Assembly (NCBI RefSeq): GCF_016432865.1
Contig: NC_067399.1
Coordinates: 496,868,001-496,932,000 of the forward strand
Direction: 5' to 3'
DNA: 64,000 nt
Source of the DNA: Antechinus flavipes
Lineage: Eukaryota
The notes under the pieces are model-generated. The model ran no database searches. It worked only from the letters and a program-made list of their open reading frames with translations, and was not told the origin of the DNA. A program made the translations under genes and the position numbers. The stretch's first letter is position 1; each line of letters begins with the position of its first letter. Positions 50,201 to 63,212 of this stretch are shown here, in pieces.

Positions 50201-51179
50201 ATGTCCATAAACATACATCAAAAGACACCTAAGGATAACCAAACCTGGAAGGTATTCTGCTTTGCTGCCATAAGAGTTCACTAATTTCCTTCATGCTCTT
50301 TACAGCATATTACAATTCTGCATAAGCACAATGAGGAGGTTTAGGTTTTATATGCCAGCTGCAAGTACAGGAGAAAGTATCATCCCTCCTTGGAATTGTG
50401 GACTACAGCAAATGCCTTATGGTTCCCAAAGGAAAACTACACTGTTCAGGCTTCCGTTGGATTAATAAGTTTCCTGACTCCCGTTCTAAGGCTCTTTCTA
50501 TTGAACCCCACTGTCAGCTCCTCAGGTATAGAGGAGGGGAAGGATATTAGGAAGGCCTCCTACTCCTTCAGATTCAATTTATAATTATTGTCAGGTTATC
50601 TAAGGTTCAGCCCCTCAGTGGGGTTATCCACCCTGAACCAATCCCAGGCTCCATCAACTAACATCTGTCTTAGCATCAAATTCCAAAAGAGGTCACTAAG
50701 AGTCATTTCCAAGGCATAGTGTGTTTGGCAAGGGAGGTATAAGGATAAAGCAGGGACTGGGGTACTGAAGGGAGGAGGCTAAAAAGTTGAAGAAGGAGTG
50801 AGGAAGGCCATGGGCCAAAGAAGGAGGAGTAGCTGTCACCAGCAGTACTGGAGAGCCCAGGTTCTGGGAAAGGTTGCTTGGGAGTGGATTTGCAACCCAC
50901 TAAGGTTACAAATATCTAGCTGTCTTTCAACAAACAGGCAGTAAGGGAGTCTGCTAAGGAAACCTCTGACACTGACTCTGGGCACAAAAGGGACGTGTAG
51001 AAGCACACAGCTGTGGGACTGGCCAGTACACCTCCCCTAAGAGGGAGGCTTGTAATGGAACTAATCTCATAGTTAAACCAGAGTTCCTCCAAGCACAGAT
51101 GCTGGAGTTCCCTGCTGACCAACATGAAAGTTAAAATCACGGTGTTCTTCCATGTATAATCCCAGACTGACTAACAGAG

Positions 51180-51190
51180 ACAGACAGACA

Positions 51191-51228
<38 letters not shown>
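51180..51228. repeat. (CAGA)n(CA)n microsatellite
   Basis: Direct reading. Confidence 0.9.
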
Positions 51229-51230
<2 letters not shown>

Positions 51231-51749
51231 TGCACTGATTTTCACACTAAGGCATATGCACACTATTCAGACACACCCCCCAACCAACCCAGCCCAGTCC
51301 AGTCCAGCCCAGCCCAGCCTAAAAGGTTTCCACCAGACTAGGGGCACTACGGCTCCAAGCTGTTCCCTCCACCCAGGGTTCTCAGGAAGTAGGGACCCAG
51401 AGCCAGCACAGCAGATCTCCAGCTTCCCTCCCCATTTGGCTTCCGTGCCCCCAGTACCCCCAGGCTGGGAAGAGGAAAGAAAATTGAGCTCAGAACTTGC
51501 AAACATCGGAGGAGTTCAGCCTCGGAAGGGAGCGTCTGTAAATCATTGGGACTGAGACGAACGCAGTATTCATTAACCCTTAGCTGTCTGCTTCTTATAG
51601 AACCCCTTAGGACAGTGGGATATCCGGGGATGGGGGGTGGGAAAGGGAACGGGAAACAGACTTTTCAGTAAAGGGCTGAGACACAAAAGAGGGTGGGGGA
51701 ATGCTCCTTTCTTCTTCCTTCCTCCTCCCGGATGTCTCTTCTCTCCTTC

Positions 51750-52460
51750 GCTTGGAATCGGGGACAGCACCGAGACCCCTCGGCACCCAGCTTTGCTAGC
51801 TTTGCAGGGAAACCCTACAGGCTGTCTGCCGGAACTTCAGCCCACCCCTTCCCTCTCCAGAGGCGGGACCCGACACCGGGGCAGGAAGCTGGGAGCTCCA
51901 GCCTCCTCCGCTCCAGAGCATCCCCCAATGGAGAAAAAAAGGACCCCGGAATCCCCAGCCACTGGGGCTTTGGAGCTCATGTAACCAAAGGAGTGGGGAA
52001 TTCCTACTAAGCCTTGTTCCCAGAGGCTCGCCACTTCTTCCTCTCCCATTCTTCTTCTTCTTCCTCCACCGGTCAGAGTTGGGAGTTTTTACTCACCCCC
52101 TGGACGCAGCTGCTCTGACTCTGGAGACCCGGTCTGATTCCGGCTCCATCGCGGGTTCCTACTTCATTCTCTCTTTCCCGGGGGGCAAAGAAGTCTCAGC
52201 GCTATCCATGGGGAGCCGCGCGCCCTGCGCCCCGACGGCGCGCGCCCAGACGACGGCGCCGACCAGGCGGCCTGGCAGCGGCGGCTCCAAGCTCTGTGCG
52301 GCGCTTCCCCCAGCCCGGACTCCTGGGGTTCCCTTCGCCCTGTTCGCGGCTGCTGCCTTAGTCCCACCATGGAACTCTCTCGCAGTGGATCTCCGCTCTC
52401 TCTGGGGCAAAGTGCAGAAAGCCCTGCCGTGCACCAGTAAGCAAGAGAGCCAGGAACATG
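51750..52460. promoter_or_regulatory. CpG island over COL27A1 coding exon 1 and 5' UTR
   Basis: Dense CG dinucleotides and very high GC (e.g. gccgcgcgccctgcgccccgacggcgcgcgccc) against a CpG-poor, AT-rich background. Confidence 0.8.
52097..52149 (-). CDS. COL27A1: Collagen alpha-1(XXVII), coding exon 1 (start of signal peptide, MEPESDRVSRVRAAASR+GG)
   Basis: ATG at 52149 in strong Kozak context (gcgATGG) inside a CpG island. 53 nt ending in phase 2 at donor GG|gtgagt. Resembles human [21 protein letters not shown], and the phase joins exon 2 correctly. Confidence 0.88.
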
Positions 52461-52538
52461 GTTGCAGAAACTCCGGGGGCTCCTCTCTCCCCTCTACACC
52501 CCGAAAAATTTTTTCCTATGGGAGTTGGGTGTCCCCGC

Positions 52539-52546
52539 TTTTTAAT
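52539..52546 (-). promoter_or_regulatory. TATA-like ATTAAAAA (proximal candidate)
   Basis: Minus strand ggcATTAAAAAgcgggg, about 390 nt upstream of the ATG at the CpG island edge. Weak match only. Confidence 0.3.
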
Positions 52547-53726
52547 GCCAGTCCCTGGTGGCAGGGAGGGCTAAGCCGGAGACAGGATATTTTACTTAGA
52601 AGGTTGGTTGGATCTTGCCCTATCGTGCCAAATGTTCCCTCCAGAAACTCTTCTCAGGACTTGGGGAGGAGAAGAAAAGGAAGGATTTGGGGAAATTGAA
52701 AATGATTTAAAGGCGCTCTCCTCCCCACCACCACCTCTTCTCTCTGAATCCTTCTCTTTGCTGCCCCCCTCCGACTAGAGAGAGGTGAGACACTCTCAGC
52801 CTTAGCCCCAGGAATCCCGGGACCCCTTCCTTCATTCTTTCCTTCCTTTCAGTACCTCCCTCCGGGGAGGAGATAGGAGCCAGCCTCCTTGACCCAGCGA
52901 AAGGATGTTCTCAGCCGGGAGGTGATTATGAGGATCTGCGCTCCAGCTTCATACCCAGCCTGAAAGGAGTCTCTCTGCCTGTCCCCCGTTTCTTTCCTCT
53001 CCCCCCACCCAGTCAGAATCACACCCCTCAGCTAAAGCTTCCAAGAGAATATAAACTCCTTTCCGAGAAAGAGAGAGAGACACACACACATAGAGAGGGA
53101 GAGAGAAGTGGGGAGAGAGAGAAGAAAGGAGGAGAGGAGAAGAGAGAGAGGAATCTGCCAGAAACTTGTTGTGTGACCTTAAGCATGTCACTTGAACTCT
53201 CATGGTCTCAGTTTCAGTAAATATGAAAAAACGTGGGTTTTCTAAGGTCCTTTTCAGTAGTGACATTTTACAATTCTATTTCTCTTGTTTACTCTTATTT
53301 GTCCTAAAATGTCTAGCAGACTGACTGCGCGGTCGGACATGGGCTGGGGGTAAGAAGAGTCCTATGCTTCTGCCTCCAACCCTTTCTCATAGGAAGATAC
53401 CTGAATACTGTACTCCCCGAGGGTCTCATCTTGGTTTTTGCCGACAATCTCCTGCCTTTCCTGAGAACTTCATAGAATTAGACCAAAAGAGGGCCATGAA
53501 CTGGCTTTCCGAAGAGCCCCATTTCCTCTCTACACCGCCCCCCCTTCTCCGCCTTTTCTCACTACCATTACTTTCCCCTCCCTAGCTACCCGTCCCGCCT
53601 TCTAGCATGCAGGCTCTCGCTCTCTGGACCCAATCAATGTCCGCCCGTGCTAGGTCAGCCAGCCCAGACTGAAGACAAGAAGTGGTTCAAGCCAGACAAA
53701 GAAACTCCCGAGATTTAGGACCGAAG

Positions 53727-53772
<46 letters not shown>

Positions 53773-53807
53773 ACATTCACACACTTACACATTCACACAC
53801 ACACACG
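53727..53807. repeat. (CA)n microsatellite with imperfect extension
   Basis: Direct reading. It lies between the two CpG islands. Confidence 0.9.
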
Positions 53808-53947
53808 AACTCCTTACACGTGCCCGTAGCTGAGAGAGCCGGCCTCTTCCACACCCGGGCTCCCTAGGTTATCCCGTAACCGCCCCGCCTCCCCGCCCGG
53901 CAAACCTCATCTTCACCGGCCCCCTAATCCATTCACTTGCTACTTAC

Positions 53948-54387
53948 TTCGTGCGAAGGCGAGAGGTTGAGGAGTCTCTCCTTCCGGCCCCTAAATTCAT
54001 TTGTATTCATTGGTCCCCGCAGCTAAGGGAAAATCGGCTCGGGTTTGTTTGATGGGGAGGGAGTGGGGCGTAAAATTTCTTTTTTGAGGGGGGGTGAGTA
54101 ATAATCACAACGTAATTCGGCGGTCGGAGAGCTGGGCAGTCTGGAGGATCTCCTGGATCATTGGCCTAGACGGTTTCTACAATCTCCTAGAGAGGGAGAG
54201 CTAGGGAGACCCCAAGTTCACCGGCTAATCCTTCCCTGGGATCCTGGCCCGCAGCTCTCGCTCCCGGTTGACGGCTCATAGGTGCTGTGGGAGCCGGGAG
54301 GGGGCTCGGAGCCGGACCTGAGCCTTTTGAAGTCTCCGCTGGGGGGGGGGGGGGCGAGGGGGGCTGGCGTGGCGAGGTGGGGGGATT
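53948..54387 (-). other. Candidate non-coding upstream exon of COL27A1
   Basis: Bounded by the TATA/CA start and a consensus donor GAA|gtaagt at 53948/53947. Inferred, with no transcript data. Confidence 0.35.
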
Positions 54388-54406
54388 GTAAAAGCTGCCC
54401 TTGTCC

Positions 54407-54415
54407 TTTTAAATA
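54407..54415 (-). promoter_or_regulatory. TATA-like box TATTTAAAA (distal)
   Basis: Minus strand reads gcagcTATTTAAAAggac, and a CA dinucleotide (A at 54387) lies 28 nt downstream. Confidence 0.5.
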
Positions 54416-57400
54416 GCTGCTGCATGGGGACTCCACTAGGCTCCACCGAGCCAGGTGTCTGGTTTCAGCAAACAGGCGAGAAAAGTCCCTAGAAAAAAAA
54501 AAAAAAAAAAAAAAAGGAAAAAAAATCCTTCCTGCAGGGGGCAGGGTTCCCACGACCGGGAAAAAAGCGAGGTACAAACAGACCCGGAGCTGAGAAAGAT
54601 GCTTACAGGTCCTCTCGGCCTCTCTCCGCCTGGAGTGAGGCCCGCCCTCTAGTTGTCAAGACGACCTCCCGGTGTCTTCCTCAGACATCCCTCCTTCCCT
54701 GTTTTCCAACTTGGGGGTGATTTGGTATGCTTCCTGATTTTCCGGCTTGTCACCGAGAAGTCATGGTTGCTGTAAGAATGACTACTTTTAAATAGCCTAA
54801 CTTGCCTAAAGTGGAAAATGCCACTTTCACAGAAAACAAAAAGATAAAATAATTCCCTCACCCTCAAGGACCCACCCCAAGGAAGAAATACTCAGGAGTT
54901 GCTGAGTTGGGTGAGGATGAGCAAGATTGGCAGAATCCCTTCTATGTCAGCTTGATGGAAATGATAAATGTCCAGGTCATATCCGACCCCTTCGATTGGA
55001 ATCCTGGGGAGGGTCACACTACCTCTGCAGCTCCTTTGGCACAGCAATTCAACAAACATTTATTAAACATATACCTGCCACTGTGCTACATACTGGGGTA
55101 GCTTGGACAAGTAAGATTCCCCACTCCAGTGAAGTTTACAGGCTGGTAGGGGTGGGATGCGGACGTCCTGAAAAATCCACAGTAATTGTCATATGTGGCA
55201 CCTTAGGTAGCTAGGTTGTAAAGTGGATAGAGCAGGGATTTCACATGAGGAATATCTGAATTCGAATCCTGCTTCAGACACATTATCCGTGGGATCCTGA
55301 AATTAGTTACACTGCAAGCACTTTTTTTCTTTCTAATCACCTGATAATAGTAATACTTCTACAGACTTAGAGTTTGTAAATTTACTATATATGCTACCTC
55401 ATTTGATCTTCACAACATGTTTGTGATTTGTTTCCTCATTTATAATATACAAATAATAATAATTCTCACTTCACAAATATATAAATGCTATCTATTGTTA
55501 TCAGGTTGGGGAAATCTGTATCAATTTGGGCAAAATCAAAGGCTTCTTGTTGGACTGCTTTTATGATAAGATAGAAACCCCTTCCACTGGCAGTCAGGAA
55601 AGCTGGATTCTAATCTTGGTTCTTGTACTAACTTTGTGTTACTTTAGCACATTTTTTTCCATCTTTCTGTACCTCAGTTTCTTTATCTATGAAATAATGA
55701 GTACAGAAAGGTTTAGAGTTGGCCATCCCCATTTGTAGCCTGTTAGATCACCTCTATCTCTCTACCTGCTAGCAGTTTTTATTCTTTTTATATTTTCATT
55801 CATGGTTATATAACCAAGTAGCCACTGAGAATCAAAACTCTTCTTCTGTAGTCAATTTCCACTCAGTTCAGGTAGCCCTATACTCCACATCCTCTGAAAC
55901 ATTTCTCTAACTTATTCTGTACCTTTGCTTCAGTGCTTTTTTAGAGCTGTCTGTCTTTTTCATTAAAGTTATGTCCTGCTTTCTTCATGTTTTCTATTTT
56001 CTGTCCATACTTATTATCCTCCCCCATAACTTTTGAATTTAGCTGGTTTTTTAATTGACAAATTAAATAGATTTGGAGGCAGCAAACCTGGATTCAAATA
56101 CAAGGTCTGCCATTTACCTGTGGGACCTAGGACAAATCATCTAACCCTTCTCATCTGTAAAATGAAGAATAGATTAAGTGACCTTTTCAGCTTTAAATCT
56201 TTGATTGGCTGAAATGATTTCTTACTCCCCCCAATCCTAGGACCCTTGATGTCACTACCATATGTTTGTCACTTAGCACAAGCTGCCTTTGTACTGTATC
56301 TTAGCTCCGAAGAGTGAGCAGGGACTATGAGTTAAACATTTTTGGATGGCCCAGAGCCTAACAAAATATCTTGCACACAGTAGATGCTTGATAAATATTT
56401 GTTGCATAAATGAAACTTGGTTTAATAGTCCTACTTTTTAATCAACATGTCACCTTAAATTGAAGATTTACTAGTATGGTCAAGGCCAAAGACAGCCATA
56501 TCATGATATCCATATTCCATTCTTTCTGAGACATGTTGGATGTGAATTCTTCATGAATCAGCTAGAAAATGACTCAGCAAAGACTAGCCCAGATTGTGAG
56601 AGCCAGGTAAATACAATTTTTCAATAACCAAACATTGTATTCTGGACCTGAAGGGGAGCTTGAGAAATTAGCTAGTTTTATAGCCCAGATCTGCCTTTTC
56701 ATTTTCAAAACAATGGTAGTTGTTAAAACAATTCACATTTAATAACTTCCATTTATGTAGTCATTTTAAGGTGATCTGAGTGTTTTCCTCACAGAGTGAT
56801 TCAATGAGACAAGACACACAAAAATACAGAACATTATCTCCATTTTACCAATGAAGAAAATCTAACTCTCAGAGATTAAGTGATTAATCTATGGCCTCAT
56901 ACACAGAAAATGCTAAAGCTGAAAATAGAACCATAATTCTCTGACTCCAAGCCAGGAAATCTTTCATGTCCAAGTGACTATCTCCCCTTTATTTGTAGAT
57001 AAATCCCACAAGTTCTCTCTGTGACACAGCAGAGACTGAGGTCAGTGATTTATCCCTGGACTCAGGAACTTAATCACAACTCTATATTTCATCAAGAGAA
57101 AGAAGGAGGGTTCTCTGCCTTCAGGGAGCCTTCAATCTAATAGAGGAGACAAGACAAACTCAACTCAGGTAAACCATATTTCACATATTAATGGATTTTG
57201 TAAGTCAGGGATATACCACTAAGTACTATACCATGGCTTAAAGAGACTGAGGATGTCCCAGGGTCACTGGAGATCAGTGCTGTCAGGCTGAGCAAGCTTC
57301 ATGAAGAAGGTAAATTTCCAATAGGATTTTGAAGGCAGGGAAAGCAAAAGTATTTGGAAAGACATTTAGCAGTGCCATATTGCCATGTCAACAGCTTTCA

Positions 57401-58261
57401 ACAACTCAGACAAGTGACGATCTTCCCAGCACTGTTCATGAACCAATTCCTAAGCAAGTCATTGCATTCCCCAAATAGAGAGTCACTCATATTCATACAA
57501 CGTGGAAGCTCAGCTCTGGTGTAGTCACCAGCCACATCTAGACCCAGGTTCATATCTATGGAGTTCTCAGTCTCCACCAATACAACAAAGACTTTCTGAA
57601 ACCTAACTAAGCATGGATCTAGAAAAGGGAATTCATTAATTTGGCCAATTCATTAATTCAGGAACCATTTACAGCTTTATTGTAGAGGTGAGTCATCTGT
57701 TTACTCTGTGAACAGTGGGGGCTTAGAAATATAAAATACTGATAACCCTGAGACAAAACAATATTTAGAGTGGTTTATAGTTCTCTCATAAGATGTGAGT
57801 TATCATCATCATCATCATCATTATCATCATTCCAGATTTTCAGGAGGCACTAGAAGGCCAAAGTAAACTATACTCATGGAGGGATAATATATCTTATACA
57901 ATCATATTGTCTCATTTTACAATGCCTGGTACATGGTAGATGCTTAATAAATGTTTGTTTGTTTCTTTCTTCCTCTCTGGAAGAGATGCTCTCTTGCCTT
58001 AATGGTAGACTGTTGGAATCCCTTGCTCCACTTAAAGATTAATTCAAGTTTGTCTTTATCTTGAGATCTTTCCTAATTCTCAAAGAGATTAGCTTTCTTG
58101 CAATTTCCCCAAAGTAATTTTTCTAACTTGTATTTACATATCTGTGTACATGATTTTTCTCCTCGATGCTCCTTGAGGGCAATCACTTCATTATTTTTCC
58201 AATACTTAGCACAGAGTCTCACATAGTAGGGTCTTGTTGAATGTAAATAAAACCTTGTCAT

Positions 58262-58445
58262 CTAGCTTCTTAAAGTGTGGTTTGCAACCTCATATAGGTC
58301 TTGTAACTGGATGTGGGGAAATCATAAAATTATGATTTATTATGAGTAATATATTTACCTATTTAATATATCTATATACCCGAAGTCATGTGAAAATTTC
58401 TCTGGTGAAAAGGAGTCACAAGGGAAAAAAGTTTAAGAAGCCCTA
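58262..58445. mobile_element. hAT-type MITE relic
   Basis: Inverted ends gcttcttaaag...gtttaagaagccct next to tctaga-type target sequence. Confidence 0.45.
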
Positions 58446-60629
58446 TCTAGATTGTAAACAGTTTAGGAATTCAGAGGACAACAATGATCATCTGGTGGAG
58501 TGGTCCAAGAAGGCCAGATTTGGTATGACTCTTGACATTTACTATCTTAAGGACCAAAACAAGTCAATTAACCCCTCTAAGTTTCTGTATCTATAAAATG
58601 GGAAAATAAAACCCTATCCACGTCATACAATTATTACAGTAGAGGGATAAGGAAAGAGAAAAGAGCTATGAAGACAGATAGAGAGAAGGAAGGAAGGAGG
58701 GAGAGAGAAACAAAGAGACAGATGGAGGGAGGGATCCAAGTACAGGAAGAAGCATAGCATGGTTCAAGGTGCTCAAGGAGATTTTGAAGAAAGATTGATT
58801 GTGGTTTCTTCTAGGGAAGAGATGAGTTTTCAGCCTGTTTTAAACCTGCAGAAGTTTGCCAAGTTTAACTTCTTTAGGAGCAGAAGGCTCTGGAATACAA
58901 AATTTACAATAGTAGATACTCCTCATTCAGACTAGGGATTTCAAAGTTGGAGTTTACTCAAGGCTAAAGGAGTCAGTAGGAGCAAATGAACAATGCACTT
59001 TAACTCTCAAAATTGGGGTTTAAGTTGTATATGGGTTGTTTTTTTCATTACTAGGCAGGTAATTTGGGGCATGTTATTTATTCCCATTTGAGTCTTAGAT
59101 TCCTCATCTATAAAATTAAAAGAAAAACATTTGCACTTCTTACCTCACAGTATTTACATGATATCAACTTTATTAATCTTAAAGTTCTAAAACATTTTTG
59201 TACATCATCACTTAGCCTGTACCCCTGCTTCCAAGAAGGATAGATCCCAATTAATCAAGTATTTATTGAGCATCTGCTATATGTATGCCCAGCACTGTGC
59301 TGGATACTGATAATACAAAAATAATCCCTCTGGAGTTTTTAATCTGGTGAGGAGAGACAACATAAAAAGACCAAAGTAAATACAAGATGATTTGAAGAAC
59401 TGAAATCACTAACAGTTTAGGAAGATCAGAAGAAAAAAAAAAAGCTTCATGCAGAAATGAGAGCTTGAGTGGAACCTTAAAGGAAACCAGAGCTTCTAAG
59501 AGAAAGAAGTGCATTCTGGGTATAGGAACAAGTTAAAAGACTCAGAGACAAGGGATGGAAAGGTGAATGCAAAAGGAAATATATCTGTTTTAATTCTTAA
59601 GGATTTGCAAGAAAGCTAACCCTACAGATTTCCCAGCTAAGATACCTCTTACACATCATAGAACTACTCTATCCTTAGTTCCAAGAAGTCATTTCTGTTT
59701 TCTCACCAGTGTCCCTACCCTTCTCTCTTCTCCTTGCTCTCATCATCCTCTTACATCAAAATGTCATCCTAGCAAGTGATGGCTAAAGACATTTCCAGGA
59801 TTTGGCCTTTCTCTATCAGGTCCCCTTCATCCCTCAACCCTGTGGATGATGAGGCTCTAGAGAAAACAAACTCAATCACAATGGAATGAGTGGGATTAAG
59901 CCAAAAGGCATATGAGTCCAAGAAGTTGGTTGAGGGCCAAAGGAGCACATTCGTGGGCAAACAATGATCACCCACAGATGGCCCATTTTCTCAATCTCGG
60001 AGACAGTAGCTTGGAGATGAAGCATTCCTCAGGACAAGACTCCAATGGAAGGTCCACTTGTTTCCTCTTCCCCCACCCCTCCACACACACACAATCCCTC
60101 TCCCTTTGTCTGAGTCCCTAAGGGCAGGGCAATGGGATGGCTAGATAATTTGGAGAACAACAGAATATGTTGGAAAGCACTAGTTCTTACATTCAATGGA
60201 AGAAAAAATAACATGTAAACCAAAACAGAAAAATCTCAGACTATCTTCCAAACTTTCCCTTGAGAAAAAAAAAATAATCTAGACCTTGCCAATCCTGGTT
60301 GTGTCACAATGAAGGACAAGCACTTAGACACCTGGGTTCTAATCCTGACTCTGCTGACAACTATGTCTTTGAGTCATTTCCTGTCTCCAATTTCCAGTAT
60401 CTCTCCCCTCTTCCACCCACAAAATGAGAGTTTAGACTAGAAAACTCTAAGATCCTTTCCAATTCTAGCATTTTGTAATCTTGTGGGAAACAGGAAGACA
60501 GTGTAGATGTAGGGTAAGACACACCAGTTACAGTTTTTGTTGAAATCAGATACAAACTGACTATATTGGACACAAAATTATTTGCTCTATGGTGTAGGGG
60601 AGCAAGAATATAGAATGATGAAAGGAAAA

Positions 60630-60870
60630 GAAGAAGGTTACTGAAACATTTTTGGAAATACACAGAATTAAAAGAGGGTCAGAAAGAAGTACAAAAAGCA
60701 GGACAGTTTTGAAAGTAACATATTGCTTGTCTTGTAATTGTTTTAAAACAAGCATTATGGGAATAGAGATTCATGGTATCGATATGATCTTATTTTTGTA
60801 TTCTACTTTGTATATAGAAACTTTCCTTTGGGGTATCTGTTACGTTCAGAAGTTTTTTTTAATTAAGAGG
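60630..60870 (+). mobile_element. Probable old LINE-1 3' UTR fragment
   Basis: acagttttgaaagtaacat...aaacaagc...aatagagattcat...ttctactttgtatatagaaa pattern. Confidence 0.4.
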
Positions 60871-63212
60871 CAAGAGATTTAAAGGTAGAAGAGACAGGAG
60901 AAGGGAGGTGATAGTCAGACTCCTAATTGGCTGCCAAAGATCCTTACGCCTTCCCTGCTTACCTTAGACAGAAATGTTGGAGATGTAGCATTCTGTTTAT
61001 TTTTTTTTTCTTTAAGGGACATGAGAAAAAGACTGACTTAGTAGATAGTGGTGCAATAAACTTGAATGGGAAACAGGATTTCTAGTAGAGTCAGAGACCA
61101 ACAATTTATTAGTCAGTCTCATGATCTTGGAGGTGACTCAGAGAGATAGAGAAGGTGGGGAAGTCAACTAGTCCCTAAAAGATGAAGAAAATAGAGTGTT
61201 CTGCCTGCTTGCTGACAAGCAAAAAAGACAGATTATGTTCACCAACATTACCTATGAGTCAACTTCTAACTATTTCCTAAATGAGAGCTACATCTGGGAC
61301 GTCTTATAACAAGAGGTGGCTATAGGGTATTCTTGGAATACTGGTTCACATGAATTTAATGTTGGAAGAAACCTGAGAAGCCACCTAGTCCCAAGTTCTC
61401 CTTCTACAGGTGAGGAAATGCAGCCCCAGAAAAGTGACTTTCCTGAAGTCACATATAAATAGTAAATGGCAAAGCACAGATTTGAATCCAGATCTTCTGA
61501 TGCCAAATTTAAGTATTCTTCCTATTAGATTTTGCTTTCAAGATGCAGCTTAGGTACCACTTTCTTTGTAAAGTCTTTTCCAATTCCACCCTCCCCTAAT
61601 TGCTGAAACTATGCCCCACCTCATTTTATCATGTGCTATAATTACCTGCATACATGCTTATTTATTCGTGGGCAAGTACTATTTCATTTATATCTGTGTA
61701 TACATAATGCCTGGAATGTAGTGAGCAATTAATGCATATTTGTTAAATTGAATCAAATCAAAATTTGCATTTTCATAGATGTCTTACAATATGAGGAGAA
61801 TTTGGGTTTCTAATACTTTCTATTTAAAAAAAAAATTAGGCTATATTAAGTGGAACAATGAAAGGAGGCAGTGTTTCAGACCTGTAGGCTCAATAATAGA
61901 AGGAGTTGTAGTCAGACACAGCCTCTTTTCCCTCCTCCAATTGTCTTTTTAGGTTGTTGGTTAATTTTTGTATTCCATTTTATTCAACATTTAACCTACT
62001 TCAGGGGACGAACAAAACATCAGCTCTCTTTTTCTTCTATTTATTTTATTGAATCTTTATTTTTCCATTTCTATCATGGCATCAAATAATTTAGGATGCT
62101 TCAGGGGGGAAACAAGAGAGAAATGTATTTAACTTGACAGCTAGTGAAACCAGATTTCAGTTTTTAAGGCCTGAGTTTGAGCTGCTGTGTATCAGCAACT
62201 AGAGGTTTCTGTGCTTCTTGTCAGCCATTCATTCATCATCTTGAAAGGAACACTTCCTACTGTTGGGAAATTTCAGAACTGAGAGCAGACACTGGCCATG
62301 TTTCTGTCTGTCCCTCCCATGTTGGAAACCAAAGCAGGTTAGCACAATGCCTCTTTTGGGTTATCACTCTAATTTGCACAATTGGATTTGAGCCAAAAAT
62401 GGGGATGAGTTGGCCCAATTCAAGATACCTGAGGAACTAAAATCAAAAGTCCTAAAACTATCAGCTCCTGTTATTATATCCACCTGACTCTGGAGACAGA
62501 GTATAAAACATCAGCATCTTTATTCATCTGTAATTAGCTCAAAGCAAAAGGCTTCCACTAAAATGGCATAGCAAGAGCAGAAATAACATATCTCTTTTAT
62601 AAACTGATAAATACTCTCCCACAAATACAAATAGCATCAGTGGCACAAATGAGTACATAAATAAAGTATATTAGTAGAAAAATTTATATGTAGTAAAGAC
62701 ATAGTTAAGACATGTACCATTTCTTTGGTACTGCATAGCCCCAACAGTCTTTTTCACTTCTCTCCCTCTATCTCAATTGACCATGTAATTGCACTGGGTC
62801 TTCACCCCTGCACAGCTTAACTCGACTCCAAAGCCTGACTTTTGGAGCCATTTTTTGGCATGACCAGTCTCCAATGAGTTAAGTTGCTCTGTTGCAAGAG
62901 ACTATTACTAATGGGTGGCAGGAAGGAGAAAAAAAATCCCCATCCTCCAGTAGTTTGGTAGGCATAAACGGGGAAAAGGAAAAGAACAATATCTTCTCTT
63001 TTTAATACATAACTTTTAATATAACTTTTTTTTTTTGCTATTCTTACATTCTCAATATGACCAATCAAGAGGGAGGAAAGGGAGGAAAGAGTTTTGCTTA
63101 GACATGGCTGGCCCAATTCATCTCAGTGCTACAGAGGATCCTAAGGCAGGACCAGGCTAGCAAACACCTTCTTCTTTCCTCAGCTTCTGACACTCTGCCT
63201 CTAGAGAGTTTG

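Larger units (their letters stand above)
53840..54700. promoter_or_regulatory. Distal CpG island / candidate upstream promoter
   Basis: CG-rich, with GC boxes (ccgccccgcc near 53880; ggggcg at 54065), a G-run cluster and a minus-strand TATA-like motif. Confidence 0.7.

Noticed and set aside
44212-52096. Paired SOX9 enhancer sites reported for human COL27A1 intron 1
   Set aside because: I found no convincing inverted SOX pair with 3-5 bp spacing by eye. An alignment to human intron 1 is needed.
52079-52699. 206-aa plus-strand ORF across exon 1
   Set aside because: CpG-island stop-codon scarcity, no homology recognised, and a non-ATG start.
54091-54099. Plus-strand donor GGG|gtgagt with a CCAAT near 53630, hinting at an antisense transcript
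   Set aside because: No plus-strand core promoter or downstream exon can be supported from sequence alone.
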